64,000 nucleotides of DNA from Leptolyngbyaceae cyanobacterium (GTDB lineage: Bacteria > Cyanobacteriota > Cyanobacteriia > Phormidesmidales > Phormidesmidaceae): NCBI GenBank assembly GCA_050331235.1, contig JBHJHA010000060.1, positions 10,235-74,234 on the forward strand. Reading direction: 5' to 3'. The notes beneath the pieces are model-generated. The model was not told the DNA's origin. It saw nothing but the letters and a program-made list of their open reading frames with translations, and did not search any database. Position 1 is the stretch's first letter. The number at the start of each line of letters is the position of its first letter. Positions 10,028-20,438 of this stretch are shown here, in pieces. The position numbers and the translations under genes were made by a program.

Positions 10028-11212
10028 ATGATTCTCGTTTGGGGGCTAGGGGCGATCGCGCTACTGGTATTGGGTGTTTATAGCTGGCTGGAATGGCAGT
10101 ATCGACAACGGGCGGGCAACCACCTCACCTTTGCAGCGGGCCAGTGGAATATTGAGCAATACGAGCCCACTCGATATCAGATTGTCGGCATTCCAGAGTT
10201 GATCAACCGCACCCCGGCATCGGAAATCATGGTGCCAGAGCTGTCGGCTGAAACGACCCTACTGGCTAAGGGCAGTGTGGCAGAGATTCAAGTCAATTTG
10301 ACGATTACTCCCCAACATCCTGATGCGGAGCCGCGCTCAGACGGCTACTGGTTTGCCTACATTGTCAAGTTACGCAAGCGGACTCAGTTCAAGGTCACCG
10401 TCGATATCACTGGAGCTGACCTGCGATCGCTCAAAGCCTTGTGGGTGCGCGTTCACTACTTGACCTATGGCCCTGGCGGTCGGTTGCCTAAAACCGGACA
10501 TGTCATTGTCCCGCTGAAATTTCCTGACCCGGCGATGACGCCAGCCTGGCGGGAAACACCCCAGGCTCAAGTGCTACCAGTCCCCACCCATCTGCTTACG
10601 CACCTTGACACCCCCATCGAAGTCATCGAGCGGTATGTGTCTACGCACGCTACGCCTGGCGATATCATCACCTTGGGAGAGACCCCGCTGGCCATTATGC
10701 AGGGGCGCTGGCGGCATCCCTCTACTGTTCAACCGGGATGGTTGGCTAAGCGGCTATGTTATTACTTCTTGCCGACCTCCAGCTTGGCCACTGCCTGTGG
10801 TCTCCAGACATTAGTCGATCTCGTTGGGGCTTGGCGGGTCTTGTTTGCCTTCGTCGGCGGAGCACTGAAAAAGGCAATTTTGCGCCAGGGCGGCGGATTT
10901 TATCAGCTAGCTGGCGAGCAAGCGCGGCTAATCGACGATGTTACAGGCACCCTACCGCCCTACGATCAATTTATCGTGCTTGGGCCTGAGGACCCCCAGC
11001 AAGTCGTTGACGAAATTGAAAAGGCAACGGGTCTGGGCGCAGCGATCGTTGATGTAAATGATCTGAAGGCAGTCAAGATTGTTGCTGCTAGCCCCAAGGT
11101 CAACCGGGCGGTAGTCACTCAGGCCCTTATTGACAATCCGGCGGGTAATGCCGACGAACAAACGCCTCTAGTGTTGGTGAGACCCGGCGAAAAGCCACGG
11201 AGAAATTCTTAG
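10028..11212 (+). CDS. Membrane-anchored protein with C-terminal F420-0:gamma-glutamyl ligase (CofE)-like domain
   Basis: N-terminal TM helix; C-terminal THLLT..GETPLAIMQGR..IDDVTGTLPPYD..IVDVNDL..DNPAGNADEQTP. Confidence 0.7.
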   Translation: MILVWGLGAIALLVLGVYSWLEWQYRQRAGNHLTFAAGQWNIEQYEPTRYQIVGIPELINRTPASEIMVPELSAETTLLAKGSVAEIQVNLTITPQHPDAEPRSDGYWFAYIVKLRKRTQFKVTVDITGADLRSLKALWVRVHYLTYGPGGRLPKTGHVIVPLKFPDPAMTPAWRETPQAQVLPVPTHLLTHLDTPIEVIERYVSTHATPGDIITLGETPLAIMQGRWRHPSTVQPGWLAKRLCYYFLPTSSLATACGLQTLVDLVGAWRVLFAFVGGALKKAILRQGGGFYQLAGEQARLIDDVTGTLPPYDQFIVLGPEDPQQVVDEIEKATGLGAAIVDVNDLKAVKIVAASPKVNRAVVTQALIDNPAGNADEQTPLVLVRPGEKPRRNS

Positions 11213-11316
11213 GTGAGCGATGTCGTTCGTTTGCCAGTAAGGCGATTAGGACAGCGCGTTATGATGTTGAGCACAGGGCTCATTGAGTTCCCGGTTGATC
11301 ACCATAGCTTTTGCAT

Positions 11317-12579
11317 ATGTCCCAGTCAGACTCGCAGAAATTAGACTTGCAGTTGCGCCCGCTTTATCCTCGCGATATCGACGCTTTGGAGAGCTGGAGC
11401 GGTGAAAGCATCGCGATTCCTGATCTTGACTCTCGTTTGGCCGGGGTTGTGAGCTCTCAAAGCTTGGTGCAGCACCCTTTGGCCGCTTGGTGGCAGCGTG
11501 TGACGACCCTGACGCTACCCAACCAACCTCGCTGGTCGGGTTTTGTCGCCACGCTGAATGACAATCTCTGCGGCATGATTGAGATTTCTCCGTTTAATCG
11601 GACTCGGAGTACATGGCAGGTCAATCGCCTCGCGGTTAACCCTGAGGTTATACCACCGAGCACTGAGGGGCCCCTGGATAGCGTTGGCTCGCAGCTATTG
11701 CGCCATTGTTTTGAAGCTGTTTGGGAAGCAAGGATGTGGCTGGCGGAGGTAGACATTGAGCAAAAGTCTGCCTTAGCCTTATATCGACAAAATGGATTTC
11801 AGCCGCTGGCTCAGGTAACCTACTGGGAAATTAGTCCTGACATCCTAACCGACCAGGCCGCCCAGGAGCCTGACTTACCGAATTTGATGACGGTCAGTAA
11901 TGCGGACGCGCAGTTGCTATATCAGCTGGATACAGCAGCCATGCCGCCCCTAGTCCGTCAGGTATTTGACCAACAAATTCAAGACTTCAAGGTGGAGCCA
12001 CTCAAGGGCATAGCCGCAACAGCGCGCCAGTGGATGCATCGCGAAAATCGCATTCAGGGCTACATCTTCGAGCCACAGCGAAAGGCAGCGATTGGACGGT
12101 TTGATTTGGTTGCATGCCGCGGTAAGCATCGCTACCACTCGGCTGAGCTCACTGTGCACCCAGCTTATACATGGCTATACCCTGAGTTGCTAAGCCATAT
12201 GGCCGGTTTGCTGCAAAGCTATCCGGCTATGCCACTGCGGGTCACTTCTCGAGACTATCAACCTGAGCGCGAAGAATTTTTGTTAAAAATCCAAGCGAAT
12301 CCGGTGGAGCGAACACTTATGCTTTCGCGCTCGGTTTGGCACAAGGTGAGAGAGGCCAAACCAGCGGCCTTGGAAGGATTACAGCTGCCCGAGGTATTAG
12401 CTGGATTGCAGCCCGCTGGTAAGCCTGTCCCGGGCCGCATGTCGTGGCAGGCTGAGATAGATGATCAGAGCCCGTCACGATCGCCCTCAACGCAACCACT
12501 TAATCGCTACGAATCTGGCGATCGCGGCTCGGCCCATCAGCGGTCAAAGCCTGATAATCTATCGGGACAATCTGGTTAA
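11317..12579 (+). CDS. GNAT family N-acetyltransferase
   Basis: VGSQLLRHC..ALALYRQNGFQPLA acetyl-CoA-binding features; upstream of ruvX. Confidence 0.8.
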   Translation: MSQSDSQKLDLQLRPLYPRDIDALESWSGESIAIPDLDSRLAGVVSSQSLVQHPLAAWWQRVTTLTLPNQPRWSGFVATLNDNLCGMIEISPFNRTRSTWQVNRLAVNPEVIPPSTEGPLDSVGSQLLRHCFEAVWEARMWLAEVDIEQKSALALYRQNGFQPLAQVTYWEISPDILTDQAAQEPDLPNLMTVSNADAQLLYQLDTAAMPPLVRQVFDQQIQDFKVEPLKGIAATARQWMHRENRIQGYIFEPQRKAAIGRFDLVACRGKHRYHSAELTVHPAYTWLYPELLSHMAGLLQSYPAMPLRVTSRDYQPEREEFLLKIQANPVERTLMLSRSVWHKVREAKPAALEGLQLPEVLAGLQPAGKPVPGRMSWQAEIDDQSPSRSPSTQPLNRYESGDRGSAHQRSKPDNLSGQSG

Positions 12580-12606
12580 GACGCCGACTGACATCGCGGG
12601 AAGCAA

Positions 12607-13095
12607 GTGGCTAAAGAATACGTTTCAGCGCTAGCTCTGGATATTGGCCGTAAACGCATTGGTGTAGCGGGATGCGATCGCCTCGGCATGTTGGTGACTG
12701 AGCTGCCCACCCTACAAAATCGATCGTTTACTACCACCGTGGAAGCGCTAAACTCTCTAGTTCAGCAGCGGCAAGTCAATATTTTGATAGTCGGCCTACC
12801 TTACACGTTGGGTGGAGAACTGGGTCGGCAGGCTCAATGGATCAAATCTTTTGCAGAAAAGTTGTCGGCGGTGCTCCAATTACCCGTAGAGTATGTAGAT
12901 GAGCGGTTGACCTCCTTTCAAGCTGAACAGATGTTACAGGCTGAAGGGGTGACTCTGTCTCGTCGAAACAAGGAACTGATTGATCAAAAGGCCGCCGCCA
13001 TTATTTTGCAGCAATGGCTTGACCAGCGAGCAAGGCAGCTGCCAACTAACGTTCAAGTTTCCTCTACTGAGCCCGTCACTGGAGACCCGGAATGA
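12607..13095 (+). CDS. ruvX: Holliday junction resolvase-like / pre-16S rRNA nuclease YqgF
   Basis: ALDIGRKRIGVA, VGLP, VDERLTS, IDQKAAAIILQQWL. Confidence 0.93.
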   Translation: MAKEYVSALALDIGRKRIGVAGCDRLGMLVTELPTLQNRSFTTTVEALNSLVQQRQVNILIVGLPYTLGGELGRQAQWIKSFAEKLSAVLQLPVEYVDERLTSFQAEQMLQAEGVTLSRRNKELIDQKAAAIILQQWLDQRARQLPTNVQVSSTEPVTGDPE

Positions 13096-13664
13096 CCCCT
13101 ACGGATTCTAATTACGATCAAGATTTGCCGACCTTGACGATTAAAGACGAAATGGGTCGTGCTTTACTGTGCCAAATAGAGCAGACATTTGAGATTGAAG
13201 GGCGTCAGTATGCGCTATTGTTGCCGTTGGATACGCCTGTAGAGATTTTTGCCTGGGAAGAAGATGAGTCTGGCGAAACGGACTCTTTGGTTGATGTCGA
13301 AGAAAACGATATTGAGCAGCTCCTACCAACCGCGCGAGCGGTTTTGGCCGAACATGACTTGACTCTGCAGCGAACGGCTGTGACTCTGAGCGTCGCCGGT
13401 GACATTCCAGAGCCCCAAGAAGAAGATTGCTTTACGTTAGAGCTAGGGGACCTCGACGAAGATGGGGAAACCGATACCGAGGAGTTTCAGACCTTGGCAA
13501 CGTTTTTCCATAACGACATGGAATACACTATCTGTACTCCTATCGATCCATTGTTGCTCTTTGCTGAAGTCCCGGGAAAGGGTGAGGCGCGGATGATTCC
13601 CCCCGACGAGTTTGAGCGACTCCGGCCAGAGATTGAATCGACTCTCTTTGAGATATTGGAATAA
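13092..13664 (+). CDS. DUF3727/DUF1292-like acidic protein
   Basis: Very acidic; LLLPLDTPVEIFAW; ATGA overlap with ruvX; position between ruvX and mltG. Confidence 0.75.
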   Translation: MTPTDSNYDQDLPTLTIKDEMGRALLCQIEQTFEIEGRQYALLLPLDTPVEIFAWEEDESGETDSLVDVEENDIEQLLPTARAVLAEHDLTLQRTAVTLSVAGDIPEPQEEDCFTLELGDLDEDGETDTEEFQTLATFFHNDMEYTICTPIDPLLLFAEVPGKGEARMIPPDEFERLRPEIESTLFEILE

Positions 13665-13863
13665 TCGCTGGGATGTGGGCGAGACCCGATGCCCACTAAC
13701 ACGGCTTCTGAAAAATTGAGATCATATAGGCAAGTTGTCGGCGCGATTGCCCTTTGGTGGCTAGGTCGGCACATTTGAGCCGATTGGGTATCGTGACCTA
13801 TGCCGGAAACGGCTAGAATAACCGTCGTTGGCATATGTTTTGCTCTGCTATCGGCAATTTTTC

Positions 13864-14949
13864 ATGGCTTCTCGACTTCCCAGACTGTTGTTTTTCTTTC
13901 TACTACTGCCGGTGGCCTTAGGCATTGCAGGCTGGCAAGGATGGGCCTGGTGGAGTTGGGCGACAGCACCCGTAGCCGATGCCTCGGCCGAGGGAGCCTC
14001 AACGGGCGATGTGACATCCCCAGCACCATCGGTGCAAATTCAAATTCCCCAGGGAACCTCCGGTCAACAAATTGGGCGTGATTTAGAAGCGGCAGGGCTT
14101 ATTCGTTCCCATGTTGCTTGGAATCTTTGGAGTCGTTGGCAGCGATCGCGACAGGAAGCGGGATATCAAGCGGGCACCTACGCCCTATCGCCCACCCAAT
14201 CCTTACAAGATATTGCTGCTCAGATTCGCTCCGGGGAGGTTTTGCAAACCTCGTTTACGATTCCAGAGGGGTGGACCCGGGAACAAATGGCTGCAGCCTT
14301 CGAAGAGCGCGGATTCTTCGCCGCTGCGGATTTCTTGGCCGTCACTCAACAGTTACCGAGTGATCGCTTTCCCTGGCTGCCACAGGAGTTACCCCATCTA
14401 GAAGGCTTTTTGTATCCCGATACGTATCTCCTACCAGCTGAGTCCGTTACTCCAGAAGACATTCGCGATCAAATGCTGGAACGATTTGAGACCGTGGCTC
14501 TGCCCATTTACCAGCAGGGCAATTCCACCTTTTCACTGCTGGAGTGGGTTACGTTAGCCAGCATTGTGGAGCGAGAAGCGGTCATTCCCGAAGAACGAAC
14601 CGAGATTGCCGCTGTGTTTAACCGACGACTCGAAGAATCGATTCCTTTAGGGGCTGATCCCACGGTCGAATATGGTCTTGGAGTAACACAGACGCCTGAG
14701 CAACCGCTGACACTGGCCCAAGTCAACACGCCATCACCTTACAATACTTATGTAAATGCGGGTTTGCCCCCAACTCCCATTGCCAGCCCCGGTTTACCAA
14801 GTTTAGAAGCCAGTTTAGATCCGGCGGCAACGGAATATCTATATTTCGTTGCTCGGTACGATGGTACGCACGTTTTTAGCCGCACTCTGGCAGAGCACGA
14901 AGCGGCACAGAGGCGCATTCGCGATGCGATTGATGGTACAACACCGTAG
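13864..14949 (+). CDS. mltG: Endolytic transglycosylase MltG
   Basis: TIPEGW, LEGFLYPDTY, LASIVERE, SPYNTY..GLPPTPIASPG, YLYFVA. Confidence 0.95.
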   Translation: MASRLPRLLFFFLLLPVALGIAGWQGWAWWSWATAPVADASAEGASTGDVTSPAPSVQIQIPQGTSGQQIGRDLEAAGLIRSHVAWNLWSRWQRSRQEAGYQAGTYALSPTQSLQDIAAQIRSGEVLQTSFTIPEGWTREQMAAAFEERGFFAAADFLAVTQQLPSDRFPWLPQELPHLEGFLYPDTYLLPAESVTPEDIRDQMLERFETVALPIYQQGNSTFSLLEWVTLASIVEREAVIPEERTEIAAVFNRRLEESIPLGADPTVEYGLGVTQTPEQPLTLAQVNTPSPYNTYVNAGLPPTPIASPGLPSLEASLDPAATEYLYFVARYDGTHVFSRTLAEHEAAQRRIRDAIDGTTP

Positions 14950-15071
14950 CTTCTAGGTGGCTAGAGACATGGTCAGGCTGGCCCCTTAGGCCCTCAGTTC
15001 TGGGGCAGGAACCATATCGGTAGCGCCAATCGAGTAGACTAAATGGCTCATGCCCATCAATCTACGCTTCT

Positions 15072-15578
15072 ATGTGCAGCCATAAATTGCAACCCGATCT
15101 GGTCCTAGGTCAGCCGGTCATCGGCCTAACCCTTGACCTCATTCAGCAATATCAGATTCAAGGTCTAATTTTAGACGTTGATGAAACGTTAGTGCCATTT
15201 CGGGAGGCTGACACCACAGAGGAAGTGAAAGTCTGGTTTGCCGCCCTCAACGCGGCAGTGCCGATCTGGTTGGTCAGCAACAACTTAAATGAACCACGCA
15301 TCCGTCGCATTGCCGAAAGCCTTTCAGTGCCTTATATCACTGGTGCACGCAAACCTTCGCGGCGGCAGCTCAAGAAAGCGGCCGAGGCAATGCAACTACC
15401 GGTAGAACACATTGCGATGGTGGGCGATCGCCTGTTTACAGATGTCTTGGCGGGCAATCGCCTGGGCATGTTTACTATTTTGGTCGAACCGATGGTCTAC
15501 CCTATGGGCAAACCAGGGAAATATGTACTACGGTCTTTTGAGGTATGGATTTCGCAACTTTTAGGCGTTTCTTTGTGA
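15072..15578 (+). CDS. YqeG family HAD IIIA phosphatase
   Basis: LDVDETL, VSNN, ARKP, MVGDRLFTDVLAGNRLG. Confidence 0.92.
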   Translation: MCSHKLQPDLVLGQPVIGLTLDLIQQYQIQGLILDVDETLVPFREADTTEEVKVWFAALNAAVPIWLVSNNLNEPRIRRIAESLSVPYITGARKPSRRQLKKAAEAMQLPVEHIAMVGDRLFTDVLAGNRLGMFTILVEPMVYPMGKPGKYVLRSFEVWISQLLGVSL

Positions 15579-15754
15579 ATCCATGAAGTCCAGCCACTTC
15601 ACGGTTCGCAATGTAACGCAGGAAAAATTACCAACCCAGAAATATAAAGACATTATTATAAAACAACTGATACGAATCAACTTGGGAGAGCATAGCAATC
15701 ATTAAAAGGAGTCAAGCACTAATAAAGACTCTCATTATAAAAAGCGGAAACGCT

Positions 15755-15793
15755 GAGGCATCGTCTAACGGTTGAGGCGATGCCTCTATTTTT
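15755..15793 (+). terminator. Intrinsic terminator
   Basis: 12-bp stem GAGGCATCGTCT/AGGCGATGCCTC (one G:U) followed by TATTTTT. Confidence 0.75.
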
Positions 15794-16007
15794 GTGGCGT
15801 ACTGATGGTTGAGAATCTTTGACGCTGCTGTGTACCAGAGCTCTAGGCTACATGTCGCTTCATTGCCGCATGGCAAAAAGTTGGTGATTATATCGGGCAA
15901 ACTTACGGCGGAGTTTGCATTTGCATGGTGGGAAAGCTACTGGCTCTACAATGCATCAATAATTGAGGTAAGTTGGGTCGAGTTGCCGGTCCCGTGGAGA
16001 GCTTACG

Positions 16008-16793
16008 ATGACAACTTGGCGATGGCACCTGGATAGCCAGCATCCTTATCTGACGACAACGCTACTCGATCAGTGGCCCCATGGCTTCTTTACCCGAAAG
16101 TCTTGGCCGGCCGTGCCTGAAGACTTAATATCTCGCTTAGCCACCAACGCTCAAGTCTATCGGGCCAAGCAGGTACACGGTAACCGGATCGTCTCAGCTC
16201 AGAACTGGGCAATCCATTCACCAACTTCGCCATAGCCGGAAGCCGACGCCGTGATGACCTGTGGTCCTGAGCAGGCTGCTTGGGTCTGTACAGCGGACTG
16301 TACACCGGTCTTGCTGGCCGATGTTGATACAGGGCAAGTGGCAGCTGTACATGCGGGATGGCGCGGCTCTGCGTTGCGGATTGTGCCTAAAACCATCGCC
16401 AAAATGCAGGCTCAAGGCAGCGAGCTAAGCCACTTACGCATCGCTCTAGGACCGGCTGTGGCAGGCGAGGTATACCAGGTCTCGACCCATGTCGCGGCAG
16501 AAGTCGGCCGCTCCCTAGTCAACACAATCAGCGATTTGGCAAAGAAGACTGATGATGAGTTGGTGACCGAGCTCCAGGCTTTTGAGTGCCCACCGGTGCT
16601 GCCTGACGTGACCCCAGGACGCGTTCGGCTGGATGTTCGGCGGGTCAACGTTCTTCAGGTACAGGCATTGGGCATTCAAGCTGAGCAAATTGCGATCGCG
16701 CCCCACTGCACATATCAAGAGCCGGAGACGTTCTTTTCCTATCGCCGCACCCACGAAAAAAAGGTGCAGTGGTCTGGCATTGTTAATTGCTGA
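16008..16793 (+). pseudogene. pgeF: Peptidoglycan editing factor PgeF/YfiH interrupted by an in-frame TAG (pseudogene or sequence error)
   Basis: HGFFTR, KQVHGN, then PTSP*PEADAVMT in frame, then CTADCTPVL, AVHAGWRG, FFSYRR; TAG at 16233-16235. Confidence 0.85.
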
Positions 16794-18879
16794 CTTCTTC
16801 CGGGGGGGAGTCAGGGGAAGCCAAATTGTTAGGTGCTGGTGAGGCTTGGCCGTTGGTCGCGGCTTCGGTAGCGTGGCCGTTTTTTTCAGAACTTTCAGTG
16901 GCCGGTGTGGGCGTTGCCGCCGGATCGGGGGCCGGGGCCTTGTCGATGACTTTGGCAGGCAAAGGAATATCTTCGACGGTGGGCAGCGTTTCCACATTCA
17001 GCTTCGTTGGCCGACTGCCTCCAGATAGGCGCTGCAATAGCTTAGGCTTGGGGTCATGGAGTAGATAAACAATGCGATCGCCCGCTTTCCAGTTATCGTC
17101 CTCAGTTAGAGAAACCCACATCCGATTATTGCGCTTTACCAATAGCGGGATCAGCTCACCACTGCGGATCAAGGCCCGGAGGTGAGCCCGCTGCATCAGC
17201 GACCCTTCTGATCGCAAGGCAGTTTCTCCCAGTCGAACGGCCCCTTCGGTAAGATGTCCATTCCATAACTTCAAGGCAATAGTCGGAAATAACGCCTTTG
17301 CGGTTGCCGATTTTTGGGTGCTGTTGCTCTTTTTCGCCGCGGATTTTTTCGCGTTTTTTTCCTTCGCGAGGTCTTCTTTAGGAACGACCGAGACAATGCG
17401 CGGCGGTTGAAATTCCTCTTGGGCTTGCTGAGCAACAACCGCATTGATATCACCGTTGTTGGTGATGGTTAACAGCGTTGCAGCTGCGGCGATGCCAGCT
17501 TCTTCTAACACCTCGGCATCAAGGGCGCTGTTGACAAACACCGGTAGATTTTCCTGTTTGGCCGGCTTGCAGGCTTCTGGATTAGTATCAATCAGAGCGA
17601 CGGATTCACCATTTTCCTGAAAGAGCCGCGCAATGAGAAGACTGAGCGGATTGCAGCCCACCACGACTAAGCCGCTGCCCTCTTTTTGACCAGCCAAGCC
17701 TAATCCCCTTGCAAGCAGGCTAGCGGTGAGGCCTTGGGCTAATACGGTAATGATAATTGTCAGAAACACGAGCGCTTTAATGGCATCTCCACCACTGATG
17801 CCGCGATCGGTTAACAAAATGGCAAACAGAGACGCGACCGAGGCGGAAACGATACCCCGGGGTGCAATCCAACTAAGGAAGGCTTTTTGCCGCCAGTTGA
17901 GATCACTTGAAGCGGTGCAAACAGCTATGTTGACAGGTCTCACCACCAACATAAGAACGGCTACCGTCAGTACGGCTCCACGCCCCAAGGCAAAGATACT
18001 GGCAATGGAGAGATCCGCTGCCAACAAGATAAACAGGACAGACACCGCCAAAATGGTGAGCTGTCCCTTAAACCGACGCAGTAACCGTTCATCGGGAATG
18101 GACAAAGCCCGTAGTACGATACCAGCGACGACGGCAGCCATTAAACCTGATTCACCCTGTAATTCTTGGGCAACGCCGTACAGGCCCCACAGGCTAGCCA
18201 GCACAACGAGATTCCGCAATTCTTCAGACAAAAAGTCGGTCTGCTTGAGGAAGATGCCTAGCAAAGCCCCCCCAATACTCCCAAGAATAGCGCCGGTGCC
18301 CAACCGCACAGTTAACCCTGTGATGATGAGCAGCGGATCAGCATCTCCGTTTAAAATAATTTCTAAGACGACAACCGCCAGGATAGCCCCCACGGGGTCA
18401 ATGAGCACCCCTTCCCCTTCCAGTAGGGTAGCGACTTTGCGATCAACGGATACCTGTCTGAGTAGGGGATTGATCACGGTTGGCCCAGTTACTACAACCA
18501 AGGAGGCGTAGAGAAAGGCCAGGGACCACGGAAACTCACCGAGCCAATGAGCCTCCATGTCACCTCCTAGCAGTGTGTCAAAAACCCCGGTGGTGACCAA
18601 ATTGCGGAGACTATTGGATACTTTGTCGAGTTCTTTGAGCTCTAAGCTCAGCCCTCCCTCAAACAGGATTAGGGCAACACTAAGAGAGACTAAGACCTCA
18701 AGGCCGACGCCCAACTCGTTTGGACGCACCAAGCCCAAACCATCAGCCCCGAGGCCGATGCCAAACAGTAGCAGGAAGATAATACTCGGGACCTTGAGAT
18801 ACTCTCCCAAGACCTGTGCCCCAATGCCCGCCAGCACAGTAAGCACAATTTGAATCGTGATCTCAAGTGAGTTATCCAT
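16783..18879 (-). CDS. CPA1 family Na+/H+ antiporter with C-terminal TrkA-N (RCK) domain
   Basis: ILFEGGL, VVTGPTVI, LEGEGVLIDP, WIAPRGIVSAS; cytosolic VVVGCNP..ALIDTN domain. Confidence 0.9.
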   Translation of the reverse strand: MDNSLEITIQIVLTVLAGIGAQVLGEYLKVPSIIFLLLFGIGLGADGLGLVRPNELGVGLEVLVSLSVALILFEGGLSLELKELDKVSNSLRNLVTTGVFDTLLGGDMEAHWLGEFPWSLAFLYASLVVVTGPTVINPLLRQVSVDRKVATLLEGEGVLIDPVGAILAVVVLEIILNGDADPLLIITGLTVRLGTGAILGSIGGALLGIFLKQTDFLSEELRNLVVLASLWGLYGVAQELQGESGLMAAVVAGIVLRALSIPDERLLRRFKGQLTILAVSVLFILLAADLSIASIFALGRGAVLTVAVLMLVVRPVNIAVCTASSDLNWRQKAFLSWIAPRGIVSASVASLFAILLTDRGISGGDAIKALVFLTIIITVLAQGLTASLLARGLGLAGQKEGSGLVVVGCNPLSLLIARLFQENGESVALIDTNPEACKPAKQENLPVFVNSALDAEVLEEAGIAAAATLLTITNNGDINAVVAQQAQEEFQPPRIVSVVPKEDLAKEKNAKKSAAKKSNSTQKSATAKALFPTIALKLWNGHLTEGAVRLGETALRSEGSLMQRAHLRALIRSGELIPLLVKRNNRMWVSLTEDDNWKAGDRIVYLLHDPKPKLLQRLSGGSRPTKLNVETLPTVEDIPLPAKVIDKAPAPDPAATPTPATESSEKNGHATEAATNGQASPAPNNLASPDSPPEEVSN

Positions 18880-19305
18880 AATCGCGGCGCTGATTTGGCA
18901 GCAGAATCATTAGATTGGGAAATTCTGCCGGGAATCAATCATGCCTCCTGAAACCAGCGACAGGCTGTACAGAAAACTCAGACGTACTTGATATCTGATT
19001 AAAGGAGAATCCACAAGCTAAATCCATAGTCATCAAGGGCAACCAACTAGCAACAAAGTCGTCGCTGAATATCGCTTACAGTTTACTGCCCCAAAGATTA
19101 CGGCGCATCTTTTGCCGTGTGGATAAGAGCCGGCGAATATCTTTCCAACTGGCATCAAAATGCTAATTTACTTAGGATAACACCTGATCTGAATTGGTCT
19201 CTGGAGTTGCCGGCGTGAGGCCGCGCCAGCCCAGCCTGTTGCCATGACCGCTCCCTTCAGAGTTAAGTCATAATAGATAGTCTCAGTTATAGATTTTTTT
19301 CAGTT

Positions 19306-20415
19306 ATGCCGGCTTTCATTCGCCCCGAGCTTCAGCGGTTTTCGGCCTACGGCGCGCACGCTTCAACCGAAGAGCTGTCCCTGCCGAAATCAGTTGATCA
19401 GCTAGATACCAATGAATCTTCTTACGATTTGCCCGGTGAGTTGAAGGACAAATTGGCCTGGGAGTATCAGAACACGATTAAGGCCAACCGTTATCCCGAC
19501 GGGGGACACTTTGATTTGAGAGCGGCGATCGCTGCATATGCTAATGAGTCTGCTGATTTACATCCAGCGGCCATCACGGCTGACCATGTCACGGTTGGCA
19601 ACGGTTCAGATGAGTTGATTCGCTCATTATTGATTGCCACTTGTGTGGGGCGGACAGGAGCCATCTTGGTGGCAGAGCCCACGTTTTCGATGTATCGAAT
19701 TTTGGCTCAGACTTTAGGGGTTGAGGTGATTGCCGTTGAGCGTGACCCCCAAACCTTTGCCATACAGGTGGCAGCGGCTCAGTCAGCGATCTCCAACGCA
19801 GCGACTCCTGTGCGGATGATCTTTATGGTGTCTCCCAACTCCCCGACTGGCAATAGCCTAACGACCGCCGAGTTGAATTGGATGCGGAATCTATCGACCG
19901 ACATTTTAGTGGTTGTTGACGAAGCTTACTTTGAATTTTGCCAACAAACGGTACTTGCCGACGCATTATCACGGCCAAACTGGCTGGTGACGCGGACGTT
20001 CTCCAAAGCCTTTCGTCTCGCGGCTCACCGGGTGGGGTATGCCATCTCTACTCCAGAGACGATAGCAGTTTTAGAAAAAGTCCGTTTGCCCTACAACCTG
20101 CCTAGCTTTTCACAGTTTGCGGCTTTATCTGCCTTAAAACAGGCTCCAGCATTGCTGGCTAAAGTAGCGGAAGTGCAGCATGAGCGGGACTTAATGATGT
20201 CGGCGTTGGCCAAGCTACCCAATTTACAAATCTGGCCAAGCGATGCCAACTTTATTTACGGCCGCCCCACGGATCACGGGGCCGACAAAATCGCACAGCA
20301 GCTCTATCAGCTAGGGTCAAAGATACGTCATACCGGCGGTGGCTTGCGCATCACTGTTGGGACGCCCGCTGAAAATCAACGCACCATCAGCCACCTCAAA
20401 CAGGTGCTTTTGTAG
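19306..20415 (+). CDS. hisC: Histidinol-phosphate aminotransferase
   Basis: NRYPD, GNGSDELI, SPNSPTGN, VDEAYFEF, RTFSKAFRLAAHRVGY. Confidence 0.92.
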   Translation: MPAFIRPELQRFSAYGAHASTEELSLPKSVDQLDTNESSYDLPGELKDKLAWEYQNTIKANRYPDGGHFDLRAAIAAYANESADLHPAAITADHVTVGNGSDELIRSLLIATCVGRTGAILVAEPTFSMYRILAQTLGVEVIAVERDPQTFAIQVAAAQSAISNAATPVRMIFMVSPNSPTGNSLTTAELNWMRNLSTDILVVVDEAYFEFCQQTVLADALSRPNWLVTRTFSKAFRLAAHRVGYAISTPETIAVLEKVRLPYNLPSFSQFAALSALKQAPALLAKVAEVQHERDLMMSALAKLPNLQIWPSDANFIYGRPTDHGADKIAQQLYQLGSKIRHTGGGLRITVGTPAENQRTISHLKQVLL

Positions 20416-20438
20416 TTCATCAAATCGGATGCCCGAAA

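Noticed and set aside
963..16793. Genome-wide TAG reassignment or pyrrolysine explaining the two internal ambers
   Set aside because: gyrB, ctaE, hisC and acpP terminate on TAG at expected positions; no pyl genes or suppressor tRNA in the window; nearby signs of substitution errors
17726..18511. 261-aa plus-strand ORF and the many other antisense ORFs in the track
   Set aside because: Shadow frames of well-supported genes with no recognisable motifs
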